Below are positions 19,839-31,191 of a stretch of 64,000 bases of DNA, one piece after another. Location of the stretch: contig JADKFA010000002.1 of the NCBI GenBank assembly GCA_016717725.1, positions 78,226 to 142,225 on the forward strand. Direction: 5' to 3'. The position numbers and the translations under genes were made by a program. The number at the start of each line of letters is the position of its first letter. Position 1 is the stretch's first letter. Source of the stretch: Bacteroidota bacterium. GTDB taxonomy: Bacteria; Bacteroidota; Bacteroidia; AKYH767-A; OLB10. Under the pieces are notes generated by a model that saw nothing but the letters and a program-made list of their open reading frames with translations, had not been told where the DNA came from and did not search any database.

Positions 19839-19955
19839 TAAAATAGCCTACGGTTTCAATCGTAGGTTATTGGTTTCATTGTATCGAATGATGGTCGTAT
19901 TGTAAAAAAATCGATTGTTCAATAATAAAATAATAGCCTACAGTTTCAACCGTAG
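19787..19955. repeat. about 80-bp tandem duplication of gene 3' end plus terminator hairpin (two copies, about 90% identical)
   Basis: Copy 1: tcgaatgatggtcgcatcgtaaaaaaattgattgttcaataataaaatagcctacggtttcaatcgtaggtt. Copy 2: tcgaatgatggtcgtattgtaaaaaaatcgattgttcaataataaaataatagcctacagtttcaaccgtaggct plus a T-run. Each copy ends in an AGCCTACxGTTTCAAxCGTAGG hairpin. Confidence 0.85.
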
Positions 19956-19956
19956 G

Positions 19957-20367
19957 CTATTTGTTTTTTTGGGAAGTCAACCTTACTAGTGCCTCCACAT
20001 CCCCAGGAGCAATTTTATATTTTTTCGTTTCCCATTCATTGATCCAAACTATTTCATCATGGTCTGTTAAAACCATCTTGCCGCTATCGATAAGAGCTCG
20101 AAAGAAGGTGAAATCTATAGTTTGATCATGATCACGATATTGATATTGAAAACAGAATTGAATGTCCTTTAATTCTAAATTTAATTCCTCTTTTATTTCT
20201 CTTTCAAGAGCGACAAATTCATCTTCCCCTGCTTCTACTTTTCCTCCTGGGAATTCCCAGTATCCAGCTAATGGCTTCCCCGCTTTTTTGCGTGCCATCA
20301 GGAATCGATTATCTTCATTATAGATAATGACGGCAACAACTTTGACTATAGTAGACATATTTATCAA
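19957..20367 (-). CDS. NUDIX hydrolase, MutT-like (deoxy)nucleoside triphosphate pyrophosphohydrolase
   Basis: Nudix box GGKVEAGEDEFVALEREIKEELNLEL. Confidence 0.8.
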   Translation of the reverse strand: MINMSTIVKVVAVIIYNEDNRFLMARKKAGKPLAGYWEFPGGKVEAGEDEFVALEREIKEELNLELKDIQFCFQYQYRDHDQTIDFTFFRALIDSGKMVLTDHDEIVWINEWETKKYKIAPGDVEALVRLTSQKNK

Positions 20368-20375
20368 ACTGTAAG

Positions 20376-20416
20376 ATCATAAAAATAAGAAAGGCTCCTG
20401 AAAAGGAGCCTTTCTT
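20376..20416 (-). terminator. rho-independent terminator for gene 20444..21820
   Basis: GAAAGGCTCC-TGAAAA-GGAGCCTTTC hairpin. On the minus strand it is followed by TTATTTTTATGAT. Confidence 0.6.
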
Positions 20417-20443
20417 ATGCAAGCAGTTTAAAGGTTTAAACTA

Positions 20444-21820
20444 TTAATTTGTTTTAATAATCTTTGATTGAGTAGTCTTGTTTCCTTGTTGAGCAGTTAC
20501 CATATAGATACCATTTGACAAATCCTGACCGAAAGTCATCATGCCAGCATGAGCATCATAAGTAAATGTATCTACAGTACGACCAGTCATATCTGTAACA
20601 TTAACAGAAATAGTTTGGTCATTTTCGAAACCACGTAATACTAAGTTAAATGATTCTGCAGAAGGATTAGGGAATACAGAAGAAGTAATTCCATCCGCTA
20701 AACGAGTAGCATCAAATGCATTTGGAGTATTAACAATACCAATTACGCAAGGATCACCGTAGCAATAAGGAATACCATCAATAATTGCACGAACTCTAAC
20801 TAAATAGAATTTGTTAGCTTGAAAAGCAGGTGTAACGTCTGCTAAACGGCACCAACGATCGCTAGAAACATGACTCCAAGTAGTACCAGGAGAAGTAGTT
20901 TCTTCAAATTCAAATTCGTATTCAGGAGCTGATAAATAAGTTAAAACAAGACCAGAACGGATACTATCAGTTGCTAATAAACTTAAGTTACCACAGAAAT
21001 TGTTCAATAATTCAGGTTGACGAATAGAACGAACAACAACACCAGGATTGGTGAATGAACATTGTCCGTTATTAATACTAACTGTTAAGCTAACTGTTTG
21101 TGTATCTAATACAGCTCCAGCTCCAGATCCATCCATCAAAACACTTACGTTTTGAGAAGTAGAACCTGTAGACCAAGAGTAAGTACTGAAACCGGGATCA
21201 GCAGATAAGTTTACAAATCCTGGCTGACAAACAGTAATTGGACCTACTGCAGTAATCGCAGGTTGGTATCCAGCATCAAATACTTCAACATGAACTGTAG
21301 CACTTGTAGAAGTACTGCAAGAACCAAAACTGTTAGTTACCGTTAATGTGTAATCACCGGTTTGGTTAACAGTAATGTTACGTGTTGTTGCCCCTGTGCT
21401 CCAAGAGTAAGAACTAAAGAATTGTCCACCGCTACCAAATAATGTAGCTGATTGACCAGGACAAACATTTACAGGACTTGCTGGAAGAATACTAGCGTTA
21501 GTTCCTGGGATTACTAAGAAAGGTGTCCAAGCACTACGAACTCGAATTTGAACGCCATTTACAAATCCCCAAACAGATACTCTGTAAAATCCAGTTTGAT
21601 TAATAAAAATAGAAGAAGTAGTCGCTCCACCATTCCATTGGTAGGTAAGCGGTCCATTCAATCCAGTAACCACAGCATCGAGCTTGGTACCTGCGCATAC
21701 AATCGGTCCGGAAGGGACAATGGTGACACTTTGAGCTTTCACATCTGAAGAAAGACTAGTCACTGTCAGAAACACGCCTAATACGTACTTCCATACACCT
21801 TGAGTAATTTGTGTTGTCAT
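20444..21820 (-). CDS. secreted Ig-like/PKD-like repeat protein with T9SS type-A C-terminal sorting domain
   Basis: Signal peptide, Ser/Thr/Gly-rich beta-sandwich repeats, and C-terminal VFPNPSAESFNLVL...GIYMVTAQQGNKTTQSKIIK. Confidence 0.6.
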   Translation of the reverse strand: MTTQITQGVWKYVLGVFLTVTSLSSDVKAQSVTIVPSGPIVCAGTKLDAVVTGLNGPLTYQWNGGATTSSIFINQTGFYRVSVWGFVNGVQIRVRSAWTPFLVIPGTNASILPASPVNVCPGQSATLFGSGGQFFSSYSWSTGATTRNITVNQTGDYTLTVTNSFGSCSTSTSATVHVEVFDAGYQPAITAVGPITVCQPGFVNLSADPGFSTYSWSTGSTSQNVSVLMDGSGAGAVLDTQTVSLTVSINNGQCSFTNPGVVVRSIRQPELLNNFCGNLSLLATDSIRSGLVLTYLSAPEYEFEFEETTSPGTTWSHVSSDRWCRLADVTPAFQANKFYLVRVRAIIDGIPYCYGDPCVIGIVNTPNAFDATRLADGITSSVFPNPSAESFNLVLRGFENDQTISVNVTDMTGRTVDTFTYDAHAGMMTFGQDLSNGIYMVTAQQGNKTTQSKIIKTN

Positions 21821-22109
21821 ATTATAATTTAAATTGTTTTAAATAAGTTTTGGTCTAACGAATGGTTACGAGCAAATGTACAATCTTATTATCATACGTT
21901 GCAAATGTAATTGCAACGATTTTTAACTTTTTTTCCAAACTGACAAATAACATATGTTAATGAGCACTTTTACAGGGCGAAGAGCAGTTTTTTTATTGAA
22001 ATTCTAACAATTCTTGTGACAATTTGAGTAAGTAAATGAAGGGATTCTCCTTTTTCATAACATTGCACGATAAAATACGTAGAAAATTAACATTTTCTTA
22101 CCCAAATCA

Positions 22110-25100
22110 GTGAAATTCAAAATTCAGCATATCCTCCTTCTTGTATTCTTCCTTTTTTCAGCATTTTCTGCTGATTGTCAAAGGTTTAATACTGTTAACT
22201 TTACAACTCAAGAAGGACTTCCTGGAAATCACCTAAATTCGATTATTCAGGATAAAATAGGGCGTCTCTGGATTGGAACGATGAGTGGAGCCTGTCGTTT
22301 TGATGGTAAAACTTTTGTCCGATTCGATCAGGGTAACGTTTTATTTAATAATCCGGTCAAGTCTATCATGGAAGATCAAAGTGGAAACATTTGGCTGGGA
22401 ACAATTCGTAAAGGCTTGGTGAAGTACACGGGAACTACATTTTCAAATTTTTCGACCAATGATGGATTGTTAAGCGATAATATTAATGCTTTATGTCAAG
22501 ATGAGAAAGGAAATATTTGGGTAGGTACCTCAGAGGGAATAAGTCGATTTGATGGAAAAACTTTTTATAATATCACGCAAGTAAAAGGACTTGTCAACAA
22601 TAATGTTTTTGATTTATTATCGGATAGTAAAGGTCGCGTTTGGGTTACTACTATTGGCGGGGTAAGTATGTTTGAAGGTGGAAAGTTTACAAACCTAACA
22701 ACCGAAAATGGATTGTTAAGTAATATCGTTTATTGTGTTAAAGAAGATAAACAAGGCAATATTTGGCTAGGAACGTATGAAGGCGTTAGCGTGTGGAATG
22801 GTAAAAAATTTACGAATTATACAAAACAACACGGACTTCCAAACGAGCGAGTGGAAAGTATAATGATTGATCATTATGGTAACGCTTGGGTAGGAACTTA
22901 TGGTGGAGGAATCGCCAAATTTGTAAAAGGACGCTTTGAATCTGTCCAAATGAGTGAAGGCATAAATTCAAATATTGTAAAATCTTTATGGGAAGATTGG
23001 GAAGGAAATTATTGGCTGGGTACTCTCAATGGATTGTATAAATATAACGGAGACCGATTTGTTTCTTTTACAAATGCAGATGGCATTTCAAATAATAATG
23101 TGCTTTCTGTATTTCCCGATTCTAGCGGAGGAATTTGGTTTGGAACATTAGCTGGAGGCGTAAATTATTTTAAGAATAATCAATTTACAAATTTTTCAAC
23201 CAAGGATGGATTAAAGAGTAATACCATCTGGAGTATAAATGGAGATAAAGAAGGATCTATTTGGTTTGGTACCACCAATGGACCCGCAAAATTTAATCAT
23301 TTATCGGGACGTGTCGTGTTGATGTATCCTCAATTGCAATCTTTTATCATTTATGCTTTTTTACAAGACAATAAGCGAAATAACTATTTTGGAACAGATA
23401 AAGGAATATATAAATTCACACCCGATGGAAGATTATTCCAAATCGGTGTGAACGAAGGATTGTCAAATGACAAAGTTCGTGTGTTGTATGAAGATGTTCA
23501 TGGTGTTGTTTGGGTAGGAACATTAAAAGGACTTTTTTCTTTGGATGAAAATAGAGCGAAGAGTTTTGATGAATCAAATCGTTTGCCAAAATCACCCATC
23601 ACTTCTATTATTAATGATAATTATGGAAATTTAGTAGTAAGTACCTATGAGTTTGGAGTGATCCGTTATAACTCAGGGAAGCAGTCTAATCCCATTTCAA
23701 TTTTAAATATGAAAAGCGGATTGAATAACGAAAAGATTTTATTCAATTTTATTGATAGTAAAAATAAATTGTGGTTAGGTACTTCGGAAGGGTTAGATGT
23801 GATTAACTGGAAAAAATATATTGAAGAGGGTAATCTTAGTTTAAGTCATTATGATAAAAGTAATGGATTCTTAGGTGTAGAAAGTAATGCTGCTTGTGAA
23901 GATAAAGCAGGGAATATTTGGTTTGCAACAGTGAACGGAGCCATTCGATATAATCCAGAAGCAGGCGATCTTCCTATCGCTATGCCTTATGTTTCGATTA
24001 GTAATGTGCAACTGTTTTTGGAAAATACGAATTGGAAAAAGAAAAAGTTTAAAGTAAATCCTCAGAATGGGCTTCCAGAAGAATTAGTGTTGCCTTATAA
24101 TAGTAATCATTTAAGTTTTGTTTGCAATGGAATTTATTTGACAGCACCAGAAGAAGTGCGATATCGCTATTTTCTTGAAGGTAGTGATGAAGGATGGTCG
24201 CCACCAACCAAAAATGTAATTTCAAGTTATTCGAATATTCCTCCTGGATCTTATATTTTTAAAGTGCAGGCCAGTGCGAATGGAAGGGAATGGAGTATTC
24301 CAGTAACCTACAGTTTTACAATCCTCCCTCCCGTTTGGAAGACTCCATTCTTCTACTTGCTTTATGTGGTTGTGGGAGCTGGATCGGTGATGCTGGCTTA
24401 TCGAGTAAGAACACGGTCGCTACGTAAGAGTCAAGATTTGCTTAAACGTAAAGTGGAATCTCGTACGCGGGAGTTGCAAGCAAAGAATTTGGAGTTGGCT
24501 AAGTTATCTTTGGTGGCCTCCGAAACTGATAATGCAGTTATGATTTTTGATGAGCATATGGAATTGGAGTGGGTGAATACAGGCTATACAAAAATGACAG
24601 GTTTCCTTTTAGAGGAAACAAGAAGAATAAAAGGGGGGACTTTAAAAGATTTAACAACAAATACAGATGTGCTTTTTCATTTGGATGATTGTATCCGATT
24701 GAAACGATCTTTTATTTATGAATCGGAAATTTCTCATAAGAACGGACAACATCGTTGGGCTTCTTCTACCTTAACACCCATCTTGGATGAGCGAGGTCAA
24801 TTAAAGAATATTGTGGTCATTGATACGGATATCACTTTGCGTAAACACATGGAAGAACAAATACGCGCTGCCCTCGAAGAAAAAGGGTTGTTGTTGCGCG
24901 AAATTCATCATCGTGTTAAAAATAATTTGCAAATAATTATCAGTCTTTTTAACCTGCAAACAAGTTATGTTACAGATCAAAATGCTTACAAAGCCCTGAA
25001 GGAAGGCCAAGATCGTATTAAAAGTATGGCTTTAATTCATGAGCGTTTTTATCAATCCGATGGACTCTCCAAAATTGATTTTGATGATTACATCCGCCGC

Positions 25101-25492
25101 TTATCCGAAAATTTAATGCGCTCTTTTAAGATTTCTAATGAAAAAGTTTCTTTGAATATTCATGCAGAGAAAATATCTTTGGATATCGACACCGCTGTAC
25201 CTTGCGGTTTAGTTATTAATGAAATTGTATCAAATTCATTGAAACATGCGTTCAATAGTTCAGCGCATGGTGAGATAAATATTGAACTTAATCAAACTGA
25301 AACGGATCGTTTTCGCCTAGTAATCAGCGATAACGGCGTTGGAATGGAAGAGGGATTCTCCTGGATTCCTCAGATTCATTAGGTATCCAATTAATTCAAG
25401 CACTCACCGATCAGTTGGAAGGGAAAATGGAAATTGAAACATCACCTGGTCAAGGTGTGAAATATATTATTAATTTTAGACGCATTAGTTAA
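22110..25492 (+). CDS. sensor histidine kinase with periplasmic two-component-regulator propeller/Y_Y_Y domains, TM helix, PAS, HisKA_2 and HATPase domains, with a C-terminal frameshift at about 25345
   Basis: About ten NIWLGTxxGLxxYDG propeller repeats. The phospho-acceptor region is [14 protein letters not shown] (HisKA_2). ORF 22110..25382 stops early, and the HATPase end ([34 protein letters not shown]) continues in another frame to 25492. Confidence 0.8.
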
Positions 25493-25506
25493 CACCATAC
25501 ACACGA

Positions 25507-26634
25507 ATGAGCAAAACCCGTATTCTTGTCGTTGAAGACGAAAGTATTGTTGCCAAAGACATCCAAAAATCACTTGAAAAATTAGGCTATGAAGTTCCCG
25601 CAACAGCTTCTTCAGCCGCTTCTGCATACGAAAAGTTAGAAGAGATTCAACCTGATTTGGTATTTCTAGATATTAAATTGAAAGGAGATGAGGATGGAAT
25701 CCATATCGCTGAACATATCAAGGATAAATATAATATTCCTGTGATTTTTTTAACTTCTTATGTAGATCAAGCCACCCTCGATCGCGCTAAAGTTACAGAG
25801 CCCTATGGCTATTTTGTAAAGCCTTTTAATGAGTCCGACTTAAAAACAACGGTCGAAATGGCCTTGTTTAAATTTTCTCGTGATAGAGAAGTAAGAGATA
25901 ATCAACATCGATTGGCGAATGCATTGGCTCGTGTAGAAGAGTCCATATGTTTAATGGATACAGATGGAAGAGTGTCATATCTTAATGAAAAGGCAGAGAA
26001 TATTTTGGGCTATTCAACAGCTACTGCCATTGGGATGGATGCTTTCCAGCTTTTTAATTTGGAATTTGATGGTGGAGTTTCTATTAAGAAAGATGATTTG
26101 TTAGCTTTAATGCGTAAGAATGAAGCATGGGAAAATAAGGATTGTCATTTAATCGTGAAACGCGATAATTCAAGTATGAATGTATCCGCTTCGGCATCTC
26201 CAATACACGATGAAAAGAATCAATTTTTAGGTTGCGCCATTGTTGTGTCAGATAAGAATGCTGTGACTGAAAAAGCGGCAGAATTGCCCCAGCAAGCAAC
26301 GTTCTTAGACAATCAAATAATCAATAATTCCTTTTTTGTAAAGAAAGGATCTATGTTGGTGAAGGTGTATTTGGATAATATTTCATGGATTCAGGCGATG
26401 GATAATTATGTAATTATTCAAACAACCTCCGATCAGTTTGTCATTCATTCAACGATGAAGGATATTGAATTGAAACTACCAACCAGTAGATTCTTGCGTG
26501 TGCATCGTAGTTATATTATTCCAATTGATAAGATTAATGTGTTGGATGAAAACACAGTCTTGATTGGAGATAAAACGATTCCTATTGGGAAATCTTATAA
26601 AGAAGTGTTTATGGCCCGACTTAATTTTTTATAG
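25507..26634 (+). CDS. response regulator: receiver, PAS and LytTR DNA-binding domains
   Basis: Receiver region VVEDE...FLDIKL, with D at the phospho-acceptor position. A central PAS-like segment. C-terminal LytTR (ISWIQAMDNYVIIQT...LRVHRSYIIPIDKI). Confidence 0.85.
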   Translation: MSKTRILVVEDESIVAKDIQKSLEKLGYEVPATASSAASAYEKLEEIQPDLVFLDIKLKGDEDGIHIAEHIKDKYNIPVIFLTSYVDQATLDRAKVTEPYGYFVKPFNESDLKTTVEMALFKFSRDREVRDNQHRLANALARVEESICLMDTDGRVSYLNEKAENILGYSTATAIGMDAFQLFNLEFDGGVSIKKDDLLALMRKNEAWENKDCHLIVKRDNSSMNVSASASPIHDEKNQFLGCAIVVSDKNAVTEKAAELPQQATFLDNQIINNSFFVKKGSMLVKVYLDNISWIQAMDNYVIIQTTSDQFVIHSTMKDIELKLPTSRFLRVHRSYIIPIDKINVLDENTVLIGDKTIPIGKSYKEVFMARLNFL

Positions 26635-26636
26635 TC

Positions 26637-27404
26637 GTGGACATTATTAAGTATAACCAGCAAGCCTGGAATGATGAAGTAAAAAAGGGGAATCAGTGGA
26701 CGGTTCCCTTTTCTATTGAACAAATAGAAGCTGCAAAGAAGGGAGAGCTTAGTATTGTCTTGACTCCTTTTCAACCGGTTCCGCTTTCCTGGTTTCCCAC
26801 TCTAAAAGGGGCACAGGTTTTAGCGCTTGCTTCAGGTGGAGGACAACAAGTGCCTGCGCTTGCTGCTTCCGGTGCTCATGTTACTGTTTACGATTTTTCT
26901 GAAGGGCAGTTGAAGCAAGATGTCGAGACGGCTGCAAAGTTTGATTTGAAAATTAGTGCTATTCAAGGCGACATGATGGATATGTCTTCGTTGCCTTCCA
27001 ATCATTTTGATTTGATTTTTCATCCTTGTTCCAATTGTTTTGTACCGGACTTAAAGCCGGTATGGAATCACTGTGCACGAGTACTTAAGAAAGGAGGTGT
27101 GTTGATGTGGGGTTTTACAAAAGCAGAAAGTATGTTGTTGTTTAAAGACCCAATCACCAACGTATTTACGCTAAAATATAAGATGCCCTATTCAGATACA
27201 GAATCACTTACTGAAGAGGAGCGTTCGGTTTACACCAACCAAAATGAACCATTAATTTTCGGTCACTCTCTCGATGCACAAATCGGTGATCTTTTAAAAA
27301 GTGGATTTGTACTTACCGATATTTTTGAAGATAGTTACGGAGGCGCGGATCCGTTAGATCCATTCTTCAATGCATTTGTCGCCGGCAGAGCGGTTAGGGT
27401 TTAG
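26637..27404 (+). CDS. class I SAM-dependent methyltransferase
   Basis: GTG start 2 nt after the regulator stop. SAM-binding VLALASGGGQQ. Confidence 0.7.
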   Translation: MDIIKYNQQAWNDEVKKGNQWTVPFSIEQIEAAKKGELSIVLTPFQPVPLSWFPTLKGAQVLALASGGGQQVPALAASGAHVTVYDFSEGQLKQDVETAAKFDLKISAIQGDMMDMSSLPSNHFDLIFHPCSNCFVPDLKPVWNHCARVLKKGGVLMWGFTKAESMLLFKDPITNVFTLKYKMPYSDTESLTEEERSVYTNQNEPLIFGHSLDAQIGDLLKSGFVLTDIFEDSYGGADPLDPFFNAFVAGRAVRV

Positions 27405-27465
27405 ACTTTGGATGTTGGACTTTATTGGACATTGGATTTGATGGTTATCGTTAAAACAAATCACC

Positions 27466-27927
27466 ATGATAGTATTAGGTGAAATAAACAACAGAGAAGT
27501 TCTCTATGTAAAACATGACCTTGCGACTAATTGGTTCAAAGACTTTCCTAAAAGTAATTGGTTACTTTTTGTAATTACTGATAGATGGTTGCCAGAAATT
27601 TTCGAAGAAATTTCAAGACGTGCCGTCGACAATGACGTTGTATACGTTTGTTCAACAGGAGATCAAGCGGACACTTTCCATCATAAAATTGACGATATGT
27701 TGGTTATACGTGATGTTGAAAATGAATATCTTCCCAGTTGGCAAATTTTGACAACCTATGAAAACGACTTAGAAGAAGAGTTTTGGTACGCAACCAATTG
27801 TGCGTTTGGTGAATCTGAAGAAATAATAAAAATAATCTGCTTAGATATCACAACCACTAATCATGCAGACAAACTTAAAGATCTAATTGCAAAAATGAAA
27901 AATAGATGGCTTCCCGAAATCCAATAA
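27466..27927 (+). CDS. hypothetical protein
   Basis: 153 aa. Repeated RWLPEI motif. No known domain recognised. Confidence 0.4.
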   Translation: MIVLGEINNREVLYVKHDLATNWFKDFPKSNWLLFVITDRWLPEIFEEISRRAVDNDVVYVCSTGDQADTFHHKIDDMLVIRDVENEYLPSWQILTTYENDLEEEFWYATNCAFGESEEIIKIICLDITTTNHADKLKDLIAKMKNRWLPEIQ

Positions 27928-27947
27928 ACACGAACCTCTGAAACGAA

Positions 27948-28018
27948 GTTAGATGTTGGATATTAGATAGAACATCCAACATCCAACATCTAATCGCGAA
28001 GCCTCGAGACTAAAATCT
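27948..28018. repeat. inverted repeat hairpin (GATGTTGGAT / ATCCAACATC) with CATCCAA heptamer x3, followed by a 26-bp AATCGCGAAGCCTCGAGACTAAAATC element
   Basis: Directly visible. The 26-bp element abuts the dnaK stop codon. Confidence 0.8.
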
Positions 28019-29923
28019 ATTTCTCCTTCACTTCTTCAAAATCAACATCCGTAACATTATCGGTTGCTGATGCGGTAGGTTCACCTTCTTGGGTTTGTTG
28101 TCCATCGGGAGCGCCTGCTTCTTGAGAAGCATTGTAAAGATCCTTAGATGCTGCTTCCCATGCTGCATTTAATTCTGTGGTTGCTATTTCAATGGTTGGC
28201 CAATCTTTTTGCTGATGTGCTTCCTTTAATTTTGTAAGAGCAGCTTCGATGGTTGCTTTTTTGTCAGCCGGAATTTTTTCTCCAAACTCCTTTAATTGTT
28301 TTTCTGTATTGAAGATTAAAGAATCAGCTTGATTGATTTTATCTACTTCTTCTTTTGCCTTGCGATCGCTTTCGGCATTGGCTTCTGCTTCGCGTTTCAT
28401 TCGTTGAATTTCTTCTTCGTTTAATCCGAAGAAGCTTCGATACGGATGTTTTGTGATTTACCGCTTGCTTTGTCTTTCGCAGTTACATGTAGAATTCCAT
28501 TCGCATCAATATCAAATGTAACTTCGATTTGTGGTATGCCGCGTGGAGCAGGAGGGAAGCCATCTAAGTGAAACCTACCGATGGTGCGATTGTCTTTCGA
28601 CATCGGACGCTCTCCTTGCAACACGTGAATCTCTACAGATGGCTGGTTGTCTGAGGCGGTAGAGAAAATTTCAGATTTACGAGTAGGAATAGTGGTGTTC
28701 GACTCAATTAGTTTAGTCATTACTCCGCCCATAGTTTCAATTCCCAATGAAAGAGGAGTAACATCTAATAACAATACGTCTTTCACTTCTCCGGTTAATA
28801 CTGCACCTTGAATGGCAGCTCCAACAGCAACTACTTCATCTGGGTTTACACCCTTGGAAGGTTTCTTTCCGAAAAATTTCTCAACTAATTCTTGGATTGC
28901 AGGAATTCGGCTTGATCCACCTACTAAAATAACTTCATTGATATCATTTGACGTCAACTTCGCATCTGCTAGTGCTTTTTTACAAGGCTCAAGTGTGCGT
29001 TGGATTAATTTATCCGCTAACTGTTCAAACTTCGCACGTGTTAATGTTTTTACTAGATGTTTTGGTATTCCATCAACTGGCATAATGTATGGAAGATTGA
29101 TTTCCGTTTGTGTTGAACTGGATAATTCAATCTTTGCTTTTTCAGCAGCTTCTTTTAAACGCTGTAAAGCCATAGGGTCTTTTCTTAAGTCGATACCTTC
29201 ATCGCTCTTGAACTCATCCGCCATCCAATCAATAATTACTTGGTCGAAATCATCACCACCTAAGTGAGTATCTCCGTTAGTTGATTTAACTTCAAACACT
29301 CCATCTCCTAATTCAAGAATGGAAATATCAAATGTTCCACCACCTAAATCGAATACTGCAATTTTATTGTCGTTATGATTTTTATCTAAACCATAAGCTA
29401 ATGCTGCAGCTGTAGGCTCATTGATGATACGTAAAACTTTTAATCCTGCAACTTCACCCGCTTCTTTCGTTGCTTGACGCTGTGCATCGTTAAAATAGGC
29501 AGGTACAGTAATTACTGCTTCACTTACTTCATATCCTAAATAATCTTCAGCGGTCTTCTTCATTTTTTGAAGAACCATCGCAGAAATTTCTTGCGCAGTA
29601 TATAAACGATCGTTGATTTTTACTCGTGGAGTATTGTTGTCTCCTTTTACGACCTCATAAGGTACTCTTGAAATTTCCAATGAAACTTTATCAAAAGATT
29701 CACCCATAAATCGCTTGATAGATGAAATAGTATGAGTTGGATTCGTGATCGCTTGTCTTTTGGCTGGGTCACCCACTTTACGCTCTCCATCTTTAATAAA
29801 TGCAACAATGGAAGGCGTTGTTCTGCGTCCTTCACTATTTGGTATCACCACTGGCTCATTCCCTTCCATCACTGCCACACAAGAGTTCGTGGTACCAAGG
29901 TCAATTCCTATTACTTTTTTCAT
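28017..29923 (-). CDS. dnaK: molecular chaperone DnaK (Hsp70), interrupted by a 1-nt frameshift at about 28410
   Basis: N-terminal ORF 28421..29923 ([22 protein letters not shown]). C-terminal ORF 28017..28400. The junction reads ...IEASSD* in one frame and [15 protein letters not shown] in the other. Confidence 0.92.
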
Positions 29924-30045
29924 GATTTTTTTTTCTTTGTTTTGAGCTATTCAAGGAGTGTGCCACCGGAAAAATCAAGTTACATTGACAGAAATAGCTT
30001 CATTCCCCCGATATGAGGACTGACATAATGGCACTATGGCAGATT

Positions 30046-31032
30046 TTATTTAAAAATATGGTTTGTATACGAGCCGTTCAAAAGGGAGTCATAACTCAAA
30101 TCGTTGAATGAAATGTCTGGAATGATGGTGTCTAAACGGCAAGTAAAAATGCCCTTTCCAGCGCTCAGGTTCGTAAATTCAGGAATGAAGTTCACCGTAT
30201 TATTGGGGGAGTTAATTTGTAAATAATTATAAAAATCGTCGGTAGCTGATGTGAAAATGAAATCGCTTTTGAAATCTATTAATCTTCGGGTCACTGTAGT
30301 GTCTTCCTTAATTCTAGATCCTAAAAACTGATAGATCGATTTTCCATTGAGAAGAAACGAAAGTTCTTGACCACCATTTAAGTTGAGGCTCGTTAAATTA
30401 GATAATCGATAATCTACATATTTGGTGGTAATCGCTTGAGTTAATTTTTTAGTTTCTGTATAACGAATTCGCATAATTAATCCATACATTTTCCCATGCT
30501 TTGAACTGTTGAAACGAATATTGTAAGGATCATCAGCTGCAATGTTTATTCGGGTTGTAGGCGAGAGCGTTTTTTGATAGATGGGTTCAATTATTCTTGT
30601 TTTCCCTGTCACAACTAATCCGGATTCAATATTTTCAAAACGCAATTGATATTGAGCAGTTGGATCTAAACGTACATTTTCCAGTCGAAATACATAATGA
30701 TTGAGGTCGGTAAATAATCCTTCTGCTTTGAATTGTGTATAATCAGGTTTGAATTTATAGGTGTTGATGACAGAGTTAAATAATAATTTTTCTAAATAAA
30801 CGCTCACCTTAGCGGTATCATAATAAAGGCTATCTGATTCTTGAGCCATTAATAATGCATTTCCCGCACCTAAAAAAGCTTTTTGTACTCGAACATAGTG
30901 TGTAGTGCTCGCAGGATTTATGAGGCTGTAAATAATTGGTATTTCTTTATATTCTTCTAAAATATCCAAGTCGTTTTCACAAGAAGAGAAGAGAATACAA
31001 GAGGCGATAAGTGCCCAAATCAATTTCTGCAT
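30046..31032 (-). CDS. hypothetical lipoprotein
   Basis: 328 aa. Lipobox ILFSSC. Confidence 0.5.
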   Translation of the reverse strand: MQKLIWALIASCILFSSCENDLDILEEYKEIPIIYSLINPASTTHYVRVQKAFLGAGNALLMAQESDSLYYDTAKVSVYLEKLLFNSVINTYKFKPDYTQFKAEGLFTDLNHYVFRLENVRLDPTAQYQLRFENIESGLVVTGKTRIIEPIYQKTLSPTTRINIAADDPYNIRFNSSKHGKMYGLIMRIRYTETKKLTQAITTKYVDYRLSNLTSLNLNGGQELSFLLNGKSIYQFLGSRIKEDTTVTRRLIDFKSDFIFTSATDDFYNYLQINSPNNTVNFIPEFTNLSAGKGIFTCRLDTIIPDISFNDLSYDSLLNGSYTNHIFK

Positions 31033-31191
31033 AATGCCTCAAAGGTAGTTAATTGAATCAAACAATTTCAAGGTTTGAAGGTGCCTTGCGGCGAATCGCA
31101 TTTATTTTACAATTTACTGATGTTGATTTACTTTGTATACTATGAGCGGACTCCGAGTAAAGTATAATAATAGTTTGTTTAGTTTAGCAAA

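Noticed and set aside
28812-29267. Antisense ORFs inside dnaK (28812..29267, 29732..30016, 29745..29945) and inside the giant genes (for example 38354..38581, 38965..39210, 43789..44112, 44354..44854)
   Set aside because: They are embedded opposite or out of frame in strongly supported genes and lack any motif. They are typical spurious ORFs in long GC-balanced coding regions.
29924-30045. CIRCE / HrcA operator upstream of dnaK
   Set aside because: No TTAGCACTC-N9-GAGTGCTAA-like inverted repeat was found in the dnaK upstream region.
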